A DNA stretch of 64,000 bases from Octopus sinensis (taxonomy: Eukaryota), in assembly GCF_006345805.1 (NCBI RefSeq), contig NC_043003.1, positions 10,726,001 through 10,790,000 on the forward strand, read 5' to 3'. Shown here one piece after another: positions 25,169 to 37,815 of the stretch (position 1 is its first letter; each line of letters starts with the position of its first letter). The notes beneath the pieces were generated by a model, which saw only the letters and a program-made list of their open reading frames with translations, did no database searches and was not told the DNA's origin. A program made the translations under genes and the position numbers.

Positions 25169-26159
25169 TGTGTTTGTCCCCGCCAACATCACTAGACAAC
25201 TGATGCTAGTGTGTTTATGTCCCTGTAACTTAGCGGTTCGGCAAAAGAGGCCGATAGAATAAGTGCTAGGCATACCAAGAATAAGTCCTGGGATTGATTT
25301 GCTCGACTAAAGGTGGTGCTCCAGCATGGCCACAGTCAAATGGCTGAAACAACTAAAAGAGTAAAAGAGTAAAAGGGTGCCGGCGTTACATTGGAAGCAC
25401 CCTAGTCAGTGCCACTTAAAAAGCACCAGTCTGGCACCATATAAAAAATATCAGTGCCGGTGTCACATAAAAAAAGCCCCTGTGCTGGTGCCATATAAAA
25501 AACACCCATCCCGGTGTCACATTGGAAGCAGCCATGCTAGTGCCACATGAAAGGCACCTGTGCCAGCGTCACATTGGAAGCACCCTAGTCAGTGCCACAT
25601 AAAAAGCACCAGTCTGGCACCACATAAAAAAAGCACTTGTGCCGGTGCCAAGTAAAAAGCACCCATGCCGACGTCACACTGGAAGTACCCATACCAGTTC
25701 CACATGAAAGGCACCAGTGCCGGCACCACATAAAAAGCACCTGGTACCATGCAAAAAAAAATGGTGGTGGTGGTGGTGGCAGCGGTGGCAGTGATGAAAA
25801 TGATGGTGGTGATGGTGATGGTAATGATGATGATGATGATGATATCTGTGTGTGTGTGTGTGTGTGCCGTTGTGTTTGTTCTCCACACTGCTTGAAAACC
25901 AGCTTTGGTTTGTTTACATCACTGTAACTTAGAGGTTTGGCAATAGAGACCAAAAGATCCAGCTCCAAAGAAAAATAAATAAATAAATACAAGGAGCAAT
26001 TTTTTTCAACTGAAGCCCTTCAAGGTGGTGCCCCAGCATGGCCACAGTCCAATAACTGAAACAAGTAAAAGATGAAAACTAACAAACCTCTCTTAATATT
26101 CTGCTATCCAAAAATAAGGAATCACATTTTAAACTTTTTAATTTTTTCTTCTATAATTG

Positions 26160-27125
26160 GTTTCAAATTTTAGCACAAGGCCAGCAATATCGAATGAGGG
26201 ATCAATCAATTACATTGACCCCAGTACACACCTGGTACTTATTTTATCGACTTCAAAAAAGGAAGAACAGCAAAGTTGACCCAAGTGGAATTTGAACTCA
26301 GAACATAAGGGCAGGTTAGATGTCACTAAACATTTTGTCCGACATCCTAATGACTCCGCCACCAGCGGTTCACCACCGTTTTTCCTGTAACTGACCCATT
26401 TCTTTGCTTTGTTTGTATGAGTCTTTCTACACTCTTAGCATATTCTTTTCTATTCTAGGCACAAGGCCTGAAATTTTGGAGGAGGGGGCCAAATGATTAG
26501 ATCAACCTCAGTACACAACTGGTACTTAATTTATCATCCCCAAAAGGATGAGAGGCAAAGATGACCTTGGCAGAATTTGAACTCAGAACGTAAAAATGAA
26601 ATACTGCTAAGCTTTTCACCCGGTGTGCTAATATTTCTGCCAGCTCATCACCCTAGATTGCTTTAAATATTCTTTTCTATTCGAGGCACAGGGCCCGAAA
26701 TTTGGGGGCAGAAGGGTGGGGTGGCCAATCGATTACATTGACCCCAGTGCATAATTGGTACTTAATTTATCGTCCTCGAAAGGATGAAAGGCAAAGTCGA
26801 CCTCAGCAGAATTTGAACTCAGAATGTAGCGGCAAACGAAACACTGCTAAGCATTTCACCCAGCTTGCTAACGTTTCTGCCAGCTCGCTGCCTTCATATG
26901 TAAACGTATCCCTTTCTACTCTAGGCACAAGGCCTGAAATTTTTAGGAAGAGTGCCAGTCGATCAGATCGACCCCAGTACGCAACTGGTACTTAATTCAT
27001 CGACCCCGAAAGGATAAAAGGCAAAGTCGACCTCAGCAGAATTTGAACTTGGAACATAAAGACCGACAAAATACCGCTAAGCATTTCGCCCGGTGTGCTA
27101 ACACTTCTCCCAGCTCGCCGCCTTA
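26160..27125 (-). mobile_element. Cluster of four same-orientation Nin-like SINE copies
   Basis: Four successive copies of the ..GGTACTTAATTTATCGACCCC..GAATTTGAACTCAGAAC.. unit. Confidence 0.85.
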
Positions 27126-27610
27126 ATAATTCTTAGCATATTAATGTACCTATTAGTTAACTGATCCTTGGTTCCCTTATTCTATCTGCACCATTCCTTC
27201 TGCTTGGTTGCTAACGTATCCTGTTTTTCTATCTCTCTTCAGAGACAACCATCTGCTGTAACTTCCAATTTGTATGAAAACATATGATTCTGTTGTTATT
27301 AATTCCAACATTAGTTTGGGTTTTTTTTTTATTCATTTTTTAAAATCTTTTTACTTGTTTCAGTTGTTAGACAGCGACCATGCTGGGGTAACGCCTTGAA
27401 GAATTTTTAGTCAAAAGAATCAACCCCAGTTCTTATCTTCTTTTTTTAAGCCTGGTACTTATTCTATCAGTCTCTCCTTGCTGAACTGTTAAGTTATGGA
27501 GACATAAACACACCAACATCAGTTGTCAAACAGCAATGGGAGACAAACAGACACAAAGACACACACACACAGATATATACATATATTTATATAATATATA
27601 TATACACACA

Positions 27611-27651
<41 letters not shown>

Positions 27652-27653
<2 letters not shown>

Positions 27654-27849
27654 CATCACATGCCAGGGGAAGAAACTAGAAGTAGTTGATAGCTTCTGCT
27701 ACCTAGGTGACCAAGTCTGTAATGGGGGTGGATGCTCAGAGAGTGTTACCACCAGAATAAGATTAGCCTAGGCAAAGTTCAGAAAGCTTCTACCCCTACA
27801 GGTGACAAACGGCCTCTCGCTCAGAGTGAAAGGTAGATTGTACGATGCT
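27652..27849 (+). mobile_element. RTE-clade LINE reverse-transcriptase C-terminal fragment
   Basis: SITCQGKKLEVVDSFCYLGDQVCNGGGCSESVTTRIRLA*AKFRKLLPL..LSLRVKGRLYDA: the FxYLG RT motif with an in-frame stop. Confidence 0.85.
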
Positions 27850-30109
27850 CGACTAAAGGCGGTGCTCCAGCATGGCCGCAGTCAAATGACAGAAACAAGC
27901 AAAAAAAAAATATATAAGATATCTGGTATTACATCATTCAAGGTGTCCTTTCTATATTAATGTGGAGGCAGATTTAAATGCTATTTCTAGTCGATCAAAT
28001 CCCTCCAAAGAAGTTTCCTCTCTTTTATAAGTTACTCTTTTACTCTTTCACTTGTTTCAGGCATTTGACTGTGGCCATGCTGGAGCACCACTTTTAGTCG
28101 AGCAAATCAAACCCAGGACTTATTCTTTGTAAGCCTAGTACTTATTCTATCAGTCTCTTTTGCCGAACCGCTAAGTTAACGGATATGTAAACTCACCAGC
28201 ATCAGTTATCAAGCAATGGTAGGAGGAAAAGCACAGACATACAAACATATACACACACATACATGTATATGTGTGTGTGTGTGTGTATATATACGATGGC
28301 CTTCTTTCAGTTTCTGTCTACCAAATCCACTCACAAGGCTTTGGTTGGCCCGAGGCTATAGTAGAAGACACTTTCCCAAGATGCCACACAGTGAGACTGA
28401 ACCTGGAACCATGTGGTTGGTAAGCAAGCTACTTAACATACAACCACTCTTGCACTTAATTTACTTTGCACAAATATGCTTCATACTCAAAAACTCTTCT
28501 GACATATAGATGCATTCTTGACATGTACATAAGAAATTACATCTGTCAATGCTTTTTACACTTCCTGTCACCCAGACATCTCATAGTTGGGGGCCATATG
28601 ATGTTAGCCCTTTTCCTATTGCTTAAAAGCTCCTACGATAAATATGTTGACTGACAGTGTTTCATCAACATTTAACCCATATGTGCCCATAAAAAAATGA
28701 AGTCTTATAATTTCACTGTATTTAGATTAAACATTATGGTAAGCTTTCACAATCTGGAAGAGAAGGGCAGTATGCAACTGTTAGCTATGGCTGTCACCTA
28801 CCCTAAACCTAACCCTAACCCTACTGAACATTTCATATGCTGTCAGATGCTTCCCGGTGAGTTCATGTCCAGACAAGTAAAAGCAGAAAATTACTATTTT
28901 TAAATCTCACAACATGAGATGTTCAGCAACAGTACTTTGTAGTAAAGATTGTTTACCAACATAACATGGCAGTCCTAGTTTAGGACTAATGTTGCTGTAA
29001 TTTAGCTCCAGGAGACATCATCTCCTGCTGGCTATACGACATGATCTGTGTCCTTATATTGTGAGATTAAATATGATATCAGCTTGCTTGGACACAGGTT
29101 AGGGTTAGCAACAGGAAGAGCATCAAGCTGTAGAAAATCTGCCTCGGTGAATTCCACCTGATCCAAGCTAGCATGGAAAAAAATGAACATTAAATGATGA
29201 CAATGATGATGATGAAACACAATGATGATGATGCAATGATGTTGATGACGATGACAACAACGATGATGATGAAGACAATGATGATGATGACGATAATGAT
29301 GATAATGATAATGAAGACAATGATGATGATGATGATGATAATGACAACAACAACGATGATGATGAAGACGATGATGACGATGATGATGATGATAATGATG
29401 ATGAGAGACAGAGGAAGAAAAACTGGAACGTGATAAAAGTGCATAAACTTCTTACACTAGGCTACTAAAAATAAAGGCTCTTATGCCAACAGTAATAAAA
29501 GGCTTGGTTCAGACTTACATGATGGGGGAGAGGCAAGGGTCGATGAGGGCAAATTACAAGGAGTGGTAAAGGGTTTGAACATGCATATGCGTGAGTATTT
29601 ACACATGTGTAATTAAAAGGTTGTAAAAGAAAAAAAAAAAAGAAAAAATTAAAAATGGAAAAGAGAAAATTTGCACACAGTGAGTTGTTTTCAAATTGAG
29701 AAAACTTAAGAAAAGTAAGTTCAGCAACTACTTAAGCATTTAGGCTCATTGTCAATTGTTTTACAAAAAGAAGAAAAAAAATCTTGAAGAAAGGAAGTAG
29801 AAAATGAAAGAAAGAGGGAGAGATTTCTTTGAAGAAATGAAAGAGAAAGACCCACCGACCCACCCCTGTCTAAGAGGGTAGGAGTAGGGTACGGAATTAG
29901 AACAGGAACTGCTTTCATACATGCCTCAGAGAAGCTATTTTATGAGCAATTCCCAGAAACGTTGTTATACATATTTTAGCATGTTTATGCACACAGGCGT
30001 TGGTGTGCTTTTATCTTTTATTTTTGATCTTTTGCTTGTTTTAGGCATTACAGTGTACAGACATTGCTAGGGCCCTGCCTTGAAGTGTTCGGTCGAATAA
30101 ACTGACAGA

Positions 30110-30545
30110 AGTACCTGCATGTAAAAAGCACCCACGCTGATGCCACGTAAAGTGCACTGGTCCTGGGGCCATGTTTAAGACACTGGTGCTAGTGTCATGT
30201 AAAAGGCATCCATGCTGGGGCCATGTATAAGGCACCCATGCTGGGGCCATGTTTAAGGCACTGGTGCTGGTGCCACATAAAAAGCACCCATGCTGGGGCC
30301 ACATTTAAGACACTGGTGCTGGTGCCACATAAAAAGCATCCATGCTGGGGCCACAGAAAGAGCACCCATGCTGGGTCCACAGAAAAAGCACCCATGTTGG
30401 GGCCACATTTAAGACGCTGGTGCCACATAAAAAGCACCCATACTGGGGCCACGTATAAAGCAGCAGAGGTGGAGCCACATCTAAGGCACTAGTGCTGCCA
30501 TCACATAAAAAGCACCTGTGCTGGTGTCACATAAAATGCACCCAG
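30110..30545. repeat. Degenerate SINE-internal minisatellite
   Basis: GTGCCACATAAAAAGCACCCATGCTGGGGCC units; a similar array lies at 25375-25755. Confidence 0.8.
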
Positions 30546-30828
30546 TACACTCTGTAAAGTGGTTGGCATTAGGAAGGGCATCCAGCAGTAAAAACCATGC
30601 CAAAACAGACAGCTGGAACCTGGTGCAGCCTTCAAGCTTGCCAGCTCCTGTCAACCTGTCCAACACATACGAGCATGGAAAACAAATATTAAATGATGAT
30701 GGTGATGATGATATATGCATTTTCTGCAATGAGTGACAATTCTGTAAATAATAATATTTTATAAACTTAAAGTTTATAAAATATTATTATTATTTACAGT
30801 ATATACATATATATATATATATATATAT

Positions 30829-31352
30829 TTCGTGATGCATATTTGCCATTTGGATATGGCTAACCCCTAAGGTGGATGCTACTGTAGTTTGTAGCCCCAG
30901 GAAGATATCTCCTCCAGCTGGCTATAGACACACTGGAGGAGATATCTTCCTGGGGCTACAAACTACAGTAGCATCCACCCTTAGGGGTTAGCCATATTCA
31001 AATGGCAAATATGCGTCACGATGTGTTACCGCTACTGTTTATAACTCGCTCTGAGATTTATCATTATATATATATATATTATATATATATATATATATTA
31101 TATATATATATATATTTCGTGATGCATATTTGCCATTTGGATATGGCTAACCCCTAAGGGTGGATGCTACTGTAGTTTGTAGCCCCAGGAAGATATCTCC
31201 TCCAGCTGGCTATAGACACACTGGAGGAGATATCTTCCTGGGGCTACAAACTACAGTAGCATCCACCCTTAGGGGTTAGCCATATTCAAATGGCAAATAT
31301 GCGTCACGATGTGTTACCGCTACTGTTTATAACTCGCTCTGAGATTTATCAT
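30829..31352. repeat. Two tandem ~287-bp units, each with a near-perfect ~190-nt hairpin
   Basis: GTGATGCATATTTGCCATTTG..CTCCTCCAG [loop] CTGGAGGAG..CAAATGGCAAATATGCGTCAC at about 30832-31019 and 31119-31307. Confidence 0.92.
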
Positions 31353-31409
<57 letters not shown>

Positions 31410-31678
31410 ACAGGCTTGTTTCTACACAGTTTCTGTCTATCAAATTCACTCACAAGGCGTTGTCAGCCTGGAGCTTCAGTGGAAGACCCTCACCCAAGGT
31501 GCCCAGCAATGAGACTGAACTTGAAATCATTTAGCTGCAAAGCAAGTTTGTTAACCACACAGCTATGTCAGGATGGGATGGGGGTAGAGACAGTCAAACA
31601 GATAGACAGACAGAGAGCAGGAGTGATGGGAAGAGAGATATAGAAAGAGAGGTATAAAAAAAGAAGACATAGATTTAC

Positions 31679-31886
31679 CTTTGAATTCAGCAATGTAAGC
31701 ACATGTGCCATCGACTTTCTCTGTCAGAAGAGCAGTCTCTAGGTTATGTTCCTTAGCATCAGGTCGCAGCTGGTCAGTCGCTGACACCATGTACAACTGG
31801 TTAGCACGTTTGCTGCTTGGTTCATTTGTCACAGCAATTTCAAAGAGACAACATAATTTACTTTGAACAGAGCACAGTTTATCCAT
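31679..31886 (-). CDS. RLIG1: RNA ligase 1 (C12orf29/RLIG1) homologue, coding exon with the catalytic adenylylation motif
   Basis: Translates as MDKLCSVQSKLCCLFEIAVTNEPSSKRANQLYMVSATDQLRPDAKEHNLETALLTEKVDGTCAYIAEFK. This is collinear with the recalled human C12orf29 N-terminus (MKRLGSVQRKMPCVF..EPSSKR..PTEKVDGTCCY), and the KxDG lysine falls at residue 57 as in human. Acceptor ttttatttacAG places the exon start at 31900; donor AAAG|GTAAAT follows 31679 (phase 1). Confidence 0.93.
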
Positions 31887-32328
31887 CACACCACCATGAC
31901 CTGTAAATAAAACAAAACAAAATGGGTTTAAGCCTTTCCATATTAACCCACCACCCTTGATTCATTATCATCATCATTTAACGTCCATTTCCCATGCTGG
32001 CATGGGTTGGATGGTTTGAGTGGAAACTGGTAAGCCAGGTGGGACTGCACAAGGTTCCGGTCTAATTTGGTAACGTTTCTACGGTTGGATGCCCTTCCTC
32101 AGGCCAACCACTCTGAGAGTGTTGTGGGTGTTTTTTACATGGGTGTTTTTTACCAGCACGGGTGCCATTGACCTGATACTACCATCAGCCATGACTATGG
32201 TCTCACTTGGCTTGACAGGTCAACACGAGCACAGTATATTGCCAAGGGTCTTGGTCACCTGTCACTGCCTCCATGAGGTCCATGCACAAACAGTGCTTTT
32301 TACATGTCACTGGCATGGGTACCAGTCA

Positions 32329-32421
32329 TTATTATTATTCTTCAGGTAACTGCCTGGAACCGAACTCAGAATCTTGGGGTTAATAGCCCACACTCTTAAC
32401 CACTACGCCATATGCCCATGG
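32329..32421 (-). mobile_element. Isolated tRNA-like head of the same element
   Basis: Matches about 20020-20106, ending at the same TATGCCCATGG junction. Confidence 0.7.
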
Positions 32422-33571
32422 AGGTGGACAAACACGGACACAAAGACACACACACATACGCACATATACATGAGACTTCCACACTGTTTCCATCTACCAA
32501 ATTCACTCACAAGGTGTCAGTCAACCCAGGGCCATAATAAAAGACACAAAACACCTGCCTAATGTGTCACACAGTGGGACTGAACCCCAAACCACATGAT
32601 TACAAAGCAAGCTTCTTAACCATACAACCACTTCTGCACCTAACTTGAGTACAATTTATTGAACTGTTAGTGTCATCTCTATGTACCAGTGGCCAAAATG
32701 ATAAGAATATTTACTCTCAATTTAGAAATATGTTGGCAGTTCAAATCCTAATTGGTGTTATGTACCGTTGTAAAGCGGCCTTTTGCCATAGTTGCATCTG
32801 TCCTTCAGACAGTTGTCACTCTGACAGATATTGTTATATTCCAATGTCATCAATGGAATGGTTCTATCTGGCACTGTACGACCCCCACCCCACATCAGTC
32901 ACAGTGTTATTATCCTCAAGAGGTTGGACTGAGTATCACAGTATGATTACTATATCAGCACAGACACGACTATCAACACAGTCTACACATACTCTCGACC
33001 TTCTAACTTTCTTCTCCCTACTGGTTTATTTATAATGGCTGGCTACTACCACTTTTTACTGGGAGAGATGTACAGTTTCACTATACAACATGTACACATC
33101 CAAGATTAGGATTCTTGATAAAGAGCATTTGATTGAAAACACTGATTAGATCATCATCATCGTTATTATTATCATCACCAACTTTTAATGTCTGTTTTCC
33201 ATTTAAATATTCTGTGGAAACCTGTCTGGTCATGTCGAAATAGTACCTTGCTTGAAAACAAGTGAGGGTTGGTGACAGGAAGGGCATCCAGCCATAGAAA
33301 ATTTGTCTCTACATGTTCCGCCCAACTTATGTAGGCATAGAAAAGTTAACATTCTTCATCATCATCATCGTCATTTAACATCCGCTTTCCATGCTAGCAT
33401 GGGTTGGACGGTTTGACTGTGGGCTGGCGAACCAGATGGCTGCACCAAGCTCCAGTCTTGATCTGGCAGAGTTTCTACAGCTGGATGCCCTTCCTAACGC
33501 CAACCACTCCGAGAGTGTAGTGGGTACTTTTACGTATCACCAGCACGGGGGCCAGTCAGGCGGTACTGGCA

Positions 33572-33602
<31 letters not shown>

Positions 33603-35554
33603 CTCGTTTTACCCCTAGTTTCAATTACACCAGTGAAGAAATTTAAAATAAAATTAAATTAAAACTGCACATGAAGCATTTCTCAACTGCAAGCATTGTT
33701 AAAACTTGTCAGTCAATCCACAGACAAAGAATACGAGAAGAATGGAGTTGGCAATGTGGAACAAAAGCAGTGGAACTGGGTAACAGGGGCCTCAGGCTTT
33801 TTTCTTGTTTCTTTGAACCAATTCTTTACAAGAGACCAAACTGCAGACAATGCAACACCCCAGCAAACCAAGCAGAATTCTGCAAGCGTGCACACTAACA
33901 CCAGCTGCTACATTCATCACCACTACTGCAGGATTTGTGTCTACTTAACAAACAAGCAACAAAATAAATACATAAATATTCGTGGTTATTGTGTTGTTGT
34001 TGTGGGTGGTGTTGTTATAGTTATTGTTGTTAATGTTAAAGGCCCTCATAAAAATACAAATAAACAAGATTTTCTGAAATTCATTCAGAGCAGCTGTCTA
34101 ACCATTGTGTGCAATAATGGAAGCTGAAAACACTACAGTTGAAATAAAAGATATCTTTAAAAAAACAGGAGACGAAAAAAGGCCTCAGAGGCAACCACAC
34201 CGAATGCAAAATAAATGAAACAGAGCAACGCATAAAAATACGCCTGCAAGCTGCACATTGTAGATGCACTTCTTGGGAGAATTCAAATACAGCTGGTATA
34301 GAGCAGACATTGTTTCACAGATAAATAGAGTGAGTTGCTCTGCGTGAAATATGTGTGGAGAGAGAAGGTGGAGAAGGTGTTGACAGCAACAACAGTAACA
34401 AGAAGAGTGAAGGGTAAGCAAAAGTCAGGGGTACGTATGCAATAACAGAGATAAAGCTTCGGTGAATGTTTATTCTGCTTAACCACAAATATCATTAGCA
34501 GCAATCTTATTGGCTCCTACAGTGCTTTTCTTATTCTTTTTTATATACAGACACACATGTATGCACACATAGACAGACATACACATGCACATACACACAC
34601 ATGCACTCATGCATGCGTGCACACACACATACATACATATATACACACACATATGCACACACACATAAGCACACACACATACGCACTCACACATGCGCAC
34701 ATATACACACACATATGCATACAACATACACACACACAGAGGCACACATACACACAGGCATACACATGCACACACACACATACACTCATGTACGCACGTG
34801 CACACATACACACATACAGGCACACACATGCACATACACACACACACATACAGGCACATATACACACAGGCACACACATATCTATGATTCTATCTCATAT
34901 CTTTTACTTGCTTCAGTCATTAGACGGTGGCCATGCAGGGGCACCTCCTGGAAGGATTTCAGTTGAACAAATCAACCCCAGGACTTATTCTTTTTTGTAA
35001 AGCCTGGTACTTATTCTATTAGGTTTTTTTACCAAGCCAAGTTACAGGGATGTAAACATACCAACAGCGGTTGTCAAGCAGTGTGGAGGGGGACAAACAC
35101 AAAGACACACACGCACACATATATATATATATAATATATATATATGTATGTATGTATGTATATGACAGGCTTCTTCCAGTATCCACCTATCAAATACATT
35201 CACAAGGCTTTGGTCAGCCTGAGGCTATAGTAGAAGCACGACATAATGGCCAAAGGTCTCAGTCATTGCCTCTGTGAGGCCCAACACTCAAAAGGAACTC
35301 AGCGAATTTTCCTCCTGGGGTTTTTGTAGCTATGGTTACTGTTTCATGAGTGCTGTAGTAGTAGTAGTAGTAGTAGTAAACATAGTGTTTGTATTGTTAT
35401 TGTTGTTGTGGCTCTTGCATTGATGTGGTCATAATGTTTGTATTGGCGTGATTGTAGTGTTGTTGTTGTGGTGGTGGTGGTGGTGGTGGTGGTGGTGGTT
35501 GTAGTCGATTTTCTTGCTGTTGTTGTTGCTACAGATGTTGATGTTGTTGAAGCA

Positions 35555-35765
35555 CAACGCTGAAAGGAACTCAGCCATTTTGCCTCCATGTGGCCCAACG
35601 CTCAAAAGGAACTCAGCCATTTTGCCTCCATGAAGCCCAATGCTCAGAAGGAACTCAGCCATTTTGCCTCCATGTGGCCCAACGCTCAAAAGGAACTCAG
35701 CCATTTTGCCTCCATGTGGCCCAACGCTCAAAAGGAACTCAGCCAATTTTCCTCCGTGAGGCATA
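35555..35765. repeat. 39-bp minisatellite
   Basis: GGAACTCAGCCATTTTGCCTCCATGTGGCCCAACGCTCAAAA-like unit, about 5 copies. Confidence 0.9.
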
Positions 35766-37318
35766 TACGTTAAATCCATGCCAGCATCCATCTTGGATGT
35801 CAAATGATGATGATTCTATCATTTCTTTTTTACTTGCTTTAGTCTTTAGGCTGTGGTCATGCTGGAGCACTTACCACCCAGTGCTGGTTTCTGCACATCT
35901 TTGTAAATTGATGGTTCAGCAAAACAGACTAACAGAATAAGTAAACCCTTCAAGGTGGTACCCCAGCATGGCCACAGCCCAATCAGTAAAAGAGATGACA
36001 ACACTGAAGTTTGCTTTGGTTGATTATAAACCTCCTCCACAAAAACAGGCGTATGTTTTGCTTTTAATTTGAAGGTAGTAAGGGGCAGAATCGTTAGCAG
36101 GCCGAGTAGAATGCTTAGGGGTATTTTGTCCATCTCCATGTTCCAAGTTCAAATTCCATCAGGGTCGGCTATGCTGTTTATCCTTCCAGGGTTGATAAAA
36201 TAAGTATCAGCTGAACACTGAAGTTGATGTAATCGACTTAGCCCCTCCCCCAAACCTGCTGGCCTTGTACCAAAATCTGAAACCAGTTTGGCAAAGGTCA
36301 GTTTATAAAGATGGATGTAAAGCCATTATAGACAGCCCTATTCACCATTGGTCAATGGCATTGCTGAGACAGTAATTTAACCATCCCTGCTGTGCCTGGC
36401 CTGTTTCCAGAAGTAAGTCTCAAGCCCCGAGTATAGCTACCACCTTTCCACTTGCGGATATATACCATAACAGAAAGACAAATATTGGTTAACCTTTAGC
36501 ACACTGTAGGTGCATCATGACTTCATATGAGTTTTCTCCCCTCTCAATGTGAAACAATGTGCGTTCAGCTACAGGGAAAACTCATACAGCAACATAATGC
36601 ACCTAAGCATGCTAAAGGTTAAATATGACCACACATATCTGCATTAAGGTCCTTCCCTCCAGTTTTTCTTTATGATGTTGCTCCATTAGCCCTTTTTAAA
36701 CCTTTAACATTCAGGTTACTCTCTCTAATGTATTGCTTATTTTTTCATATTGTTTTCAGTTATCATGCATTATCTTGTAGCTTTGAGATTTTGGTGTTGA
36801 CATTATAGGATAGGTGAGAGAGGTCAGATCCGGCCAGTTTGAACATAAAACAGGTAGAATATTTTAGCTGGATATGGTCAGTTTAAATGCTAAAGGATTA
36901 AACATTAATTGAATTACTCCATAAGGTAGCAAGGACTTGCTATTATACAGGGGCATGGTTTGTACACAGCCAATCCTATTCTCTCGCCCTTCATATTTGT
37001 ATTGGTCTGGTTCAACATATACCTATTTCTTTACTACCCACAAGGTGCTAAACATAGAGGGGACAAACAAGGACAGACAAAGGGATTAAGTCGATTACAT
37101 TGACCCCAGTGCGTAACTGGTACTTAATTTATCGACCCCGAAAGGATGAAAGGCAAAGTTGACCTCGGTGGAATTTGAACTCAGAACGTAATGGCAGACG
37201 AAATACCGCTGAGCATTTCACCTGGCATGCTAACGATTCTGCCAGCTCGCCACCTTCCGGGTTCAACAAGTACCATAAGCCCAGAAGTTATCAGGATGCA
37301 AGATTTGTATAGAGTTAC

Positions 37319-37412
37319 CTTCTCTTAGATGAGCAGCTAAAGAGCTGAAGGCCCTCATCTGTGCTGGGGAGTGTCTGAGAGTGAACTTCTTCCAGAGCCA
37401 TAATAGTGACAT
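37319..37412 (-). CDS. Candidate upstream RLIG1 exon encoding a mitochondrial-presequence-like peptide
   Basis: MSLLWLWKKFTLRHSPAQMRAFSSLAAHLRE followed by donor GAAG|GTAACT (phase 1). Joined to the acceptor at 31900 it reads through G-H-G-G-V into MDKL in frame. It sits in non-repetitive sequence, preceded by a long AG-free stretch ending in AAG at 37416. Confidence 0.5.
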
Positions 37413-37516
37413 CAGCTTATATGCATGTGCAGCATGCACATAGAAGAAATGCAAATACAGAATGGCAACAGAAGGATATTCAAATTCACCCACAAGGCAT
37501 TGGTTAACCTGGCATT

Positions 37517-37815
37517 GTGGAGGCACATGGCCTAGTGGTTAAAGCATCGGATTTGCAGTCGAGGGATCGCAGGTTCGAATCTCAGACCAGGCAATGTGTG
37601 TGTTTATGAGTGAAATACCCAAGCTCCACGCGGCTCCGGCAGAAGGTGATGGCAAACTTCTGCTGACTCTTTCACCACAACTTTCTCTCACTCTTTCCTC
37701 CTGCATCTTGCAGCTCACCTGCGACGGACCGGCGTCCCGTCCAGGTGGGGAACCTATACGCCAAGGAAGCCGGGAGACCAGCCCTTATGAGTCAGGGATG
37801 GCTCAAGAAGGAACA
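37517..37815 (+). mobile_element. V-domain-like tRNA SINE
   Basis: TGGCCTAGTGG A-box, GGTTCGAATCT B-box, CCTGCGACGGACCGGCGTCCCGTCCAGG V-like motif. Related copies at 47412-47710 (+) and 48435-48666 (-). Confidence 0.7.

Larger units (their letters stand above)
1067..31678 (-). other. 30.6-kb GT-AG phase-1 intron of RLIG1
   Basis: The two flanking exons join without gap relative to the recalled human protein (..AEFK-D-RPWLWAR..). Confidence 0.85.

Noticed and set aside
28800-28822. Telomere-like CCCTAA repeats (also about 53845 and 54150)
   Set aside because: Only 2-3 degenerate units, at least one inside a MITE; not an interstitial telomere.
365-31886. Functional link between the hammerhead elements and the host RNA ligase gene
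   Set aside because: Hammerheads leave 5'-OH and 2',3'-cyclic phosphate ends (RtcB substrates), whereas RLIG1 joins 5'-phosphate to 3'-OH. The element is a dispersed repeat, so co-location is expected by chance.
36330-36418. Plus-strand exon ending at GAA|GTAAGT
   Set aside because: All three frames contain stops shortly upstream.
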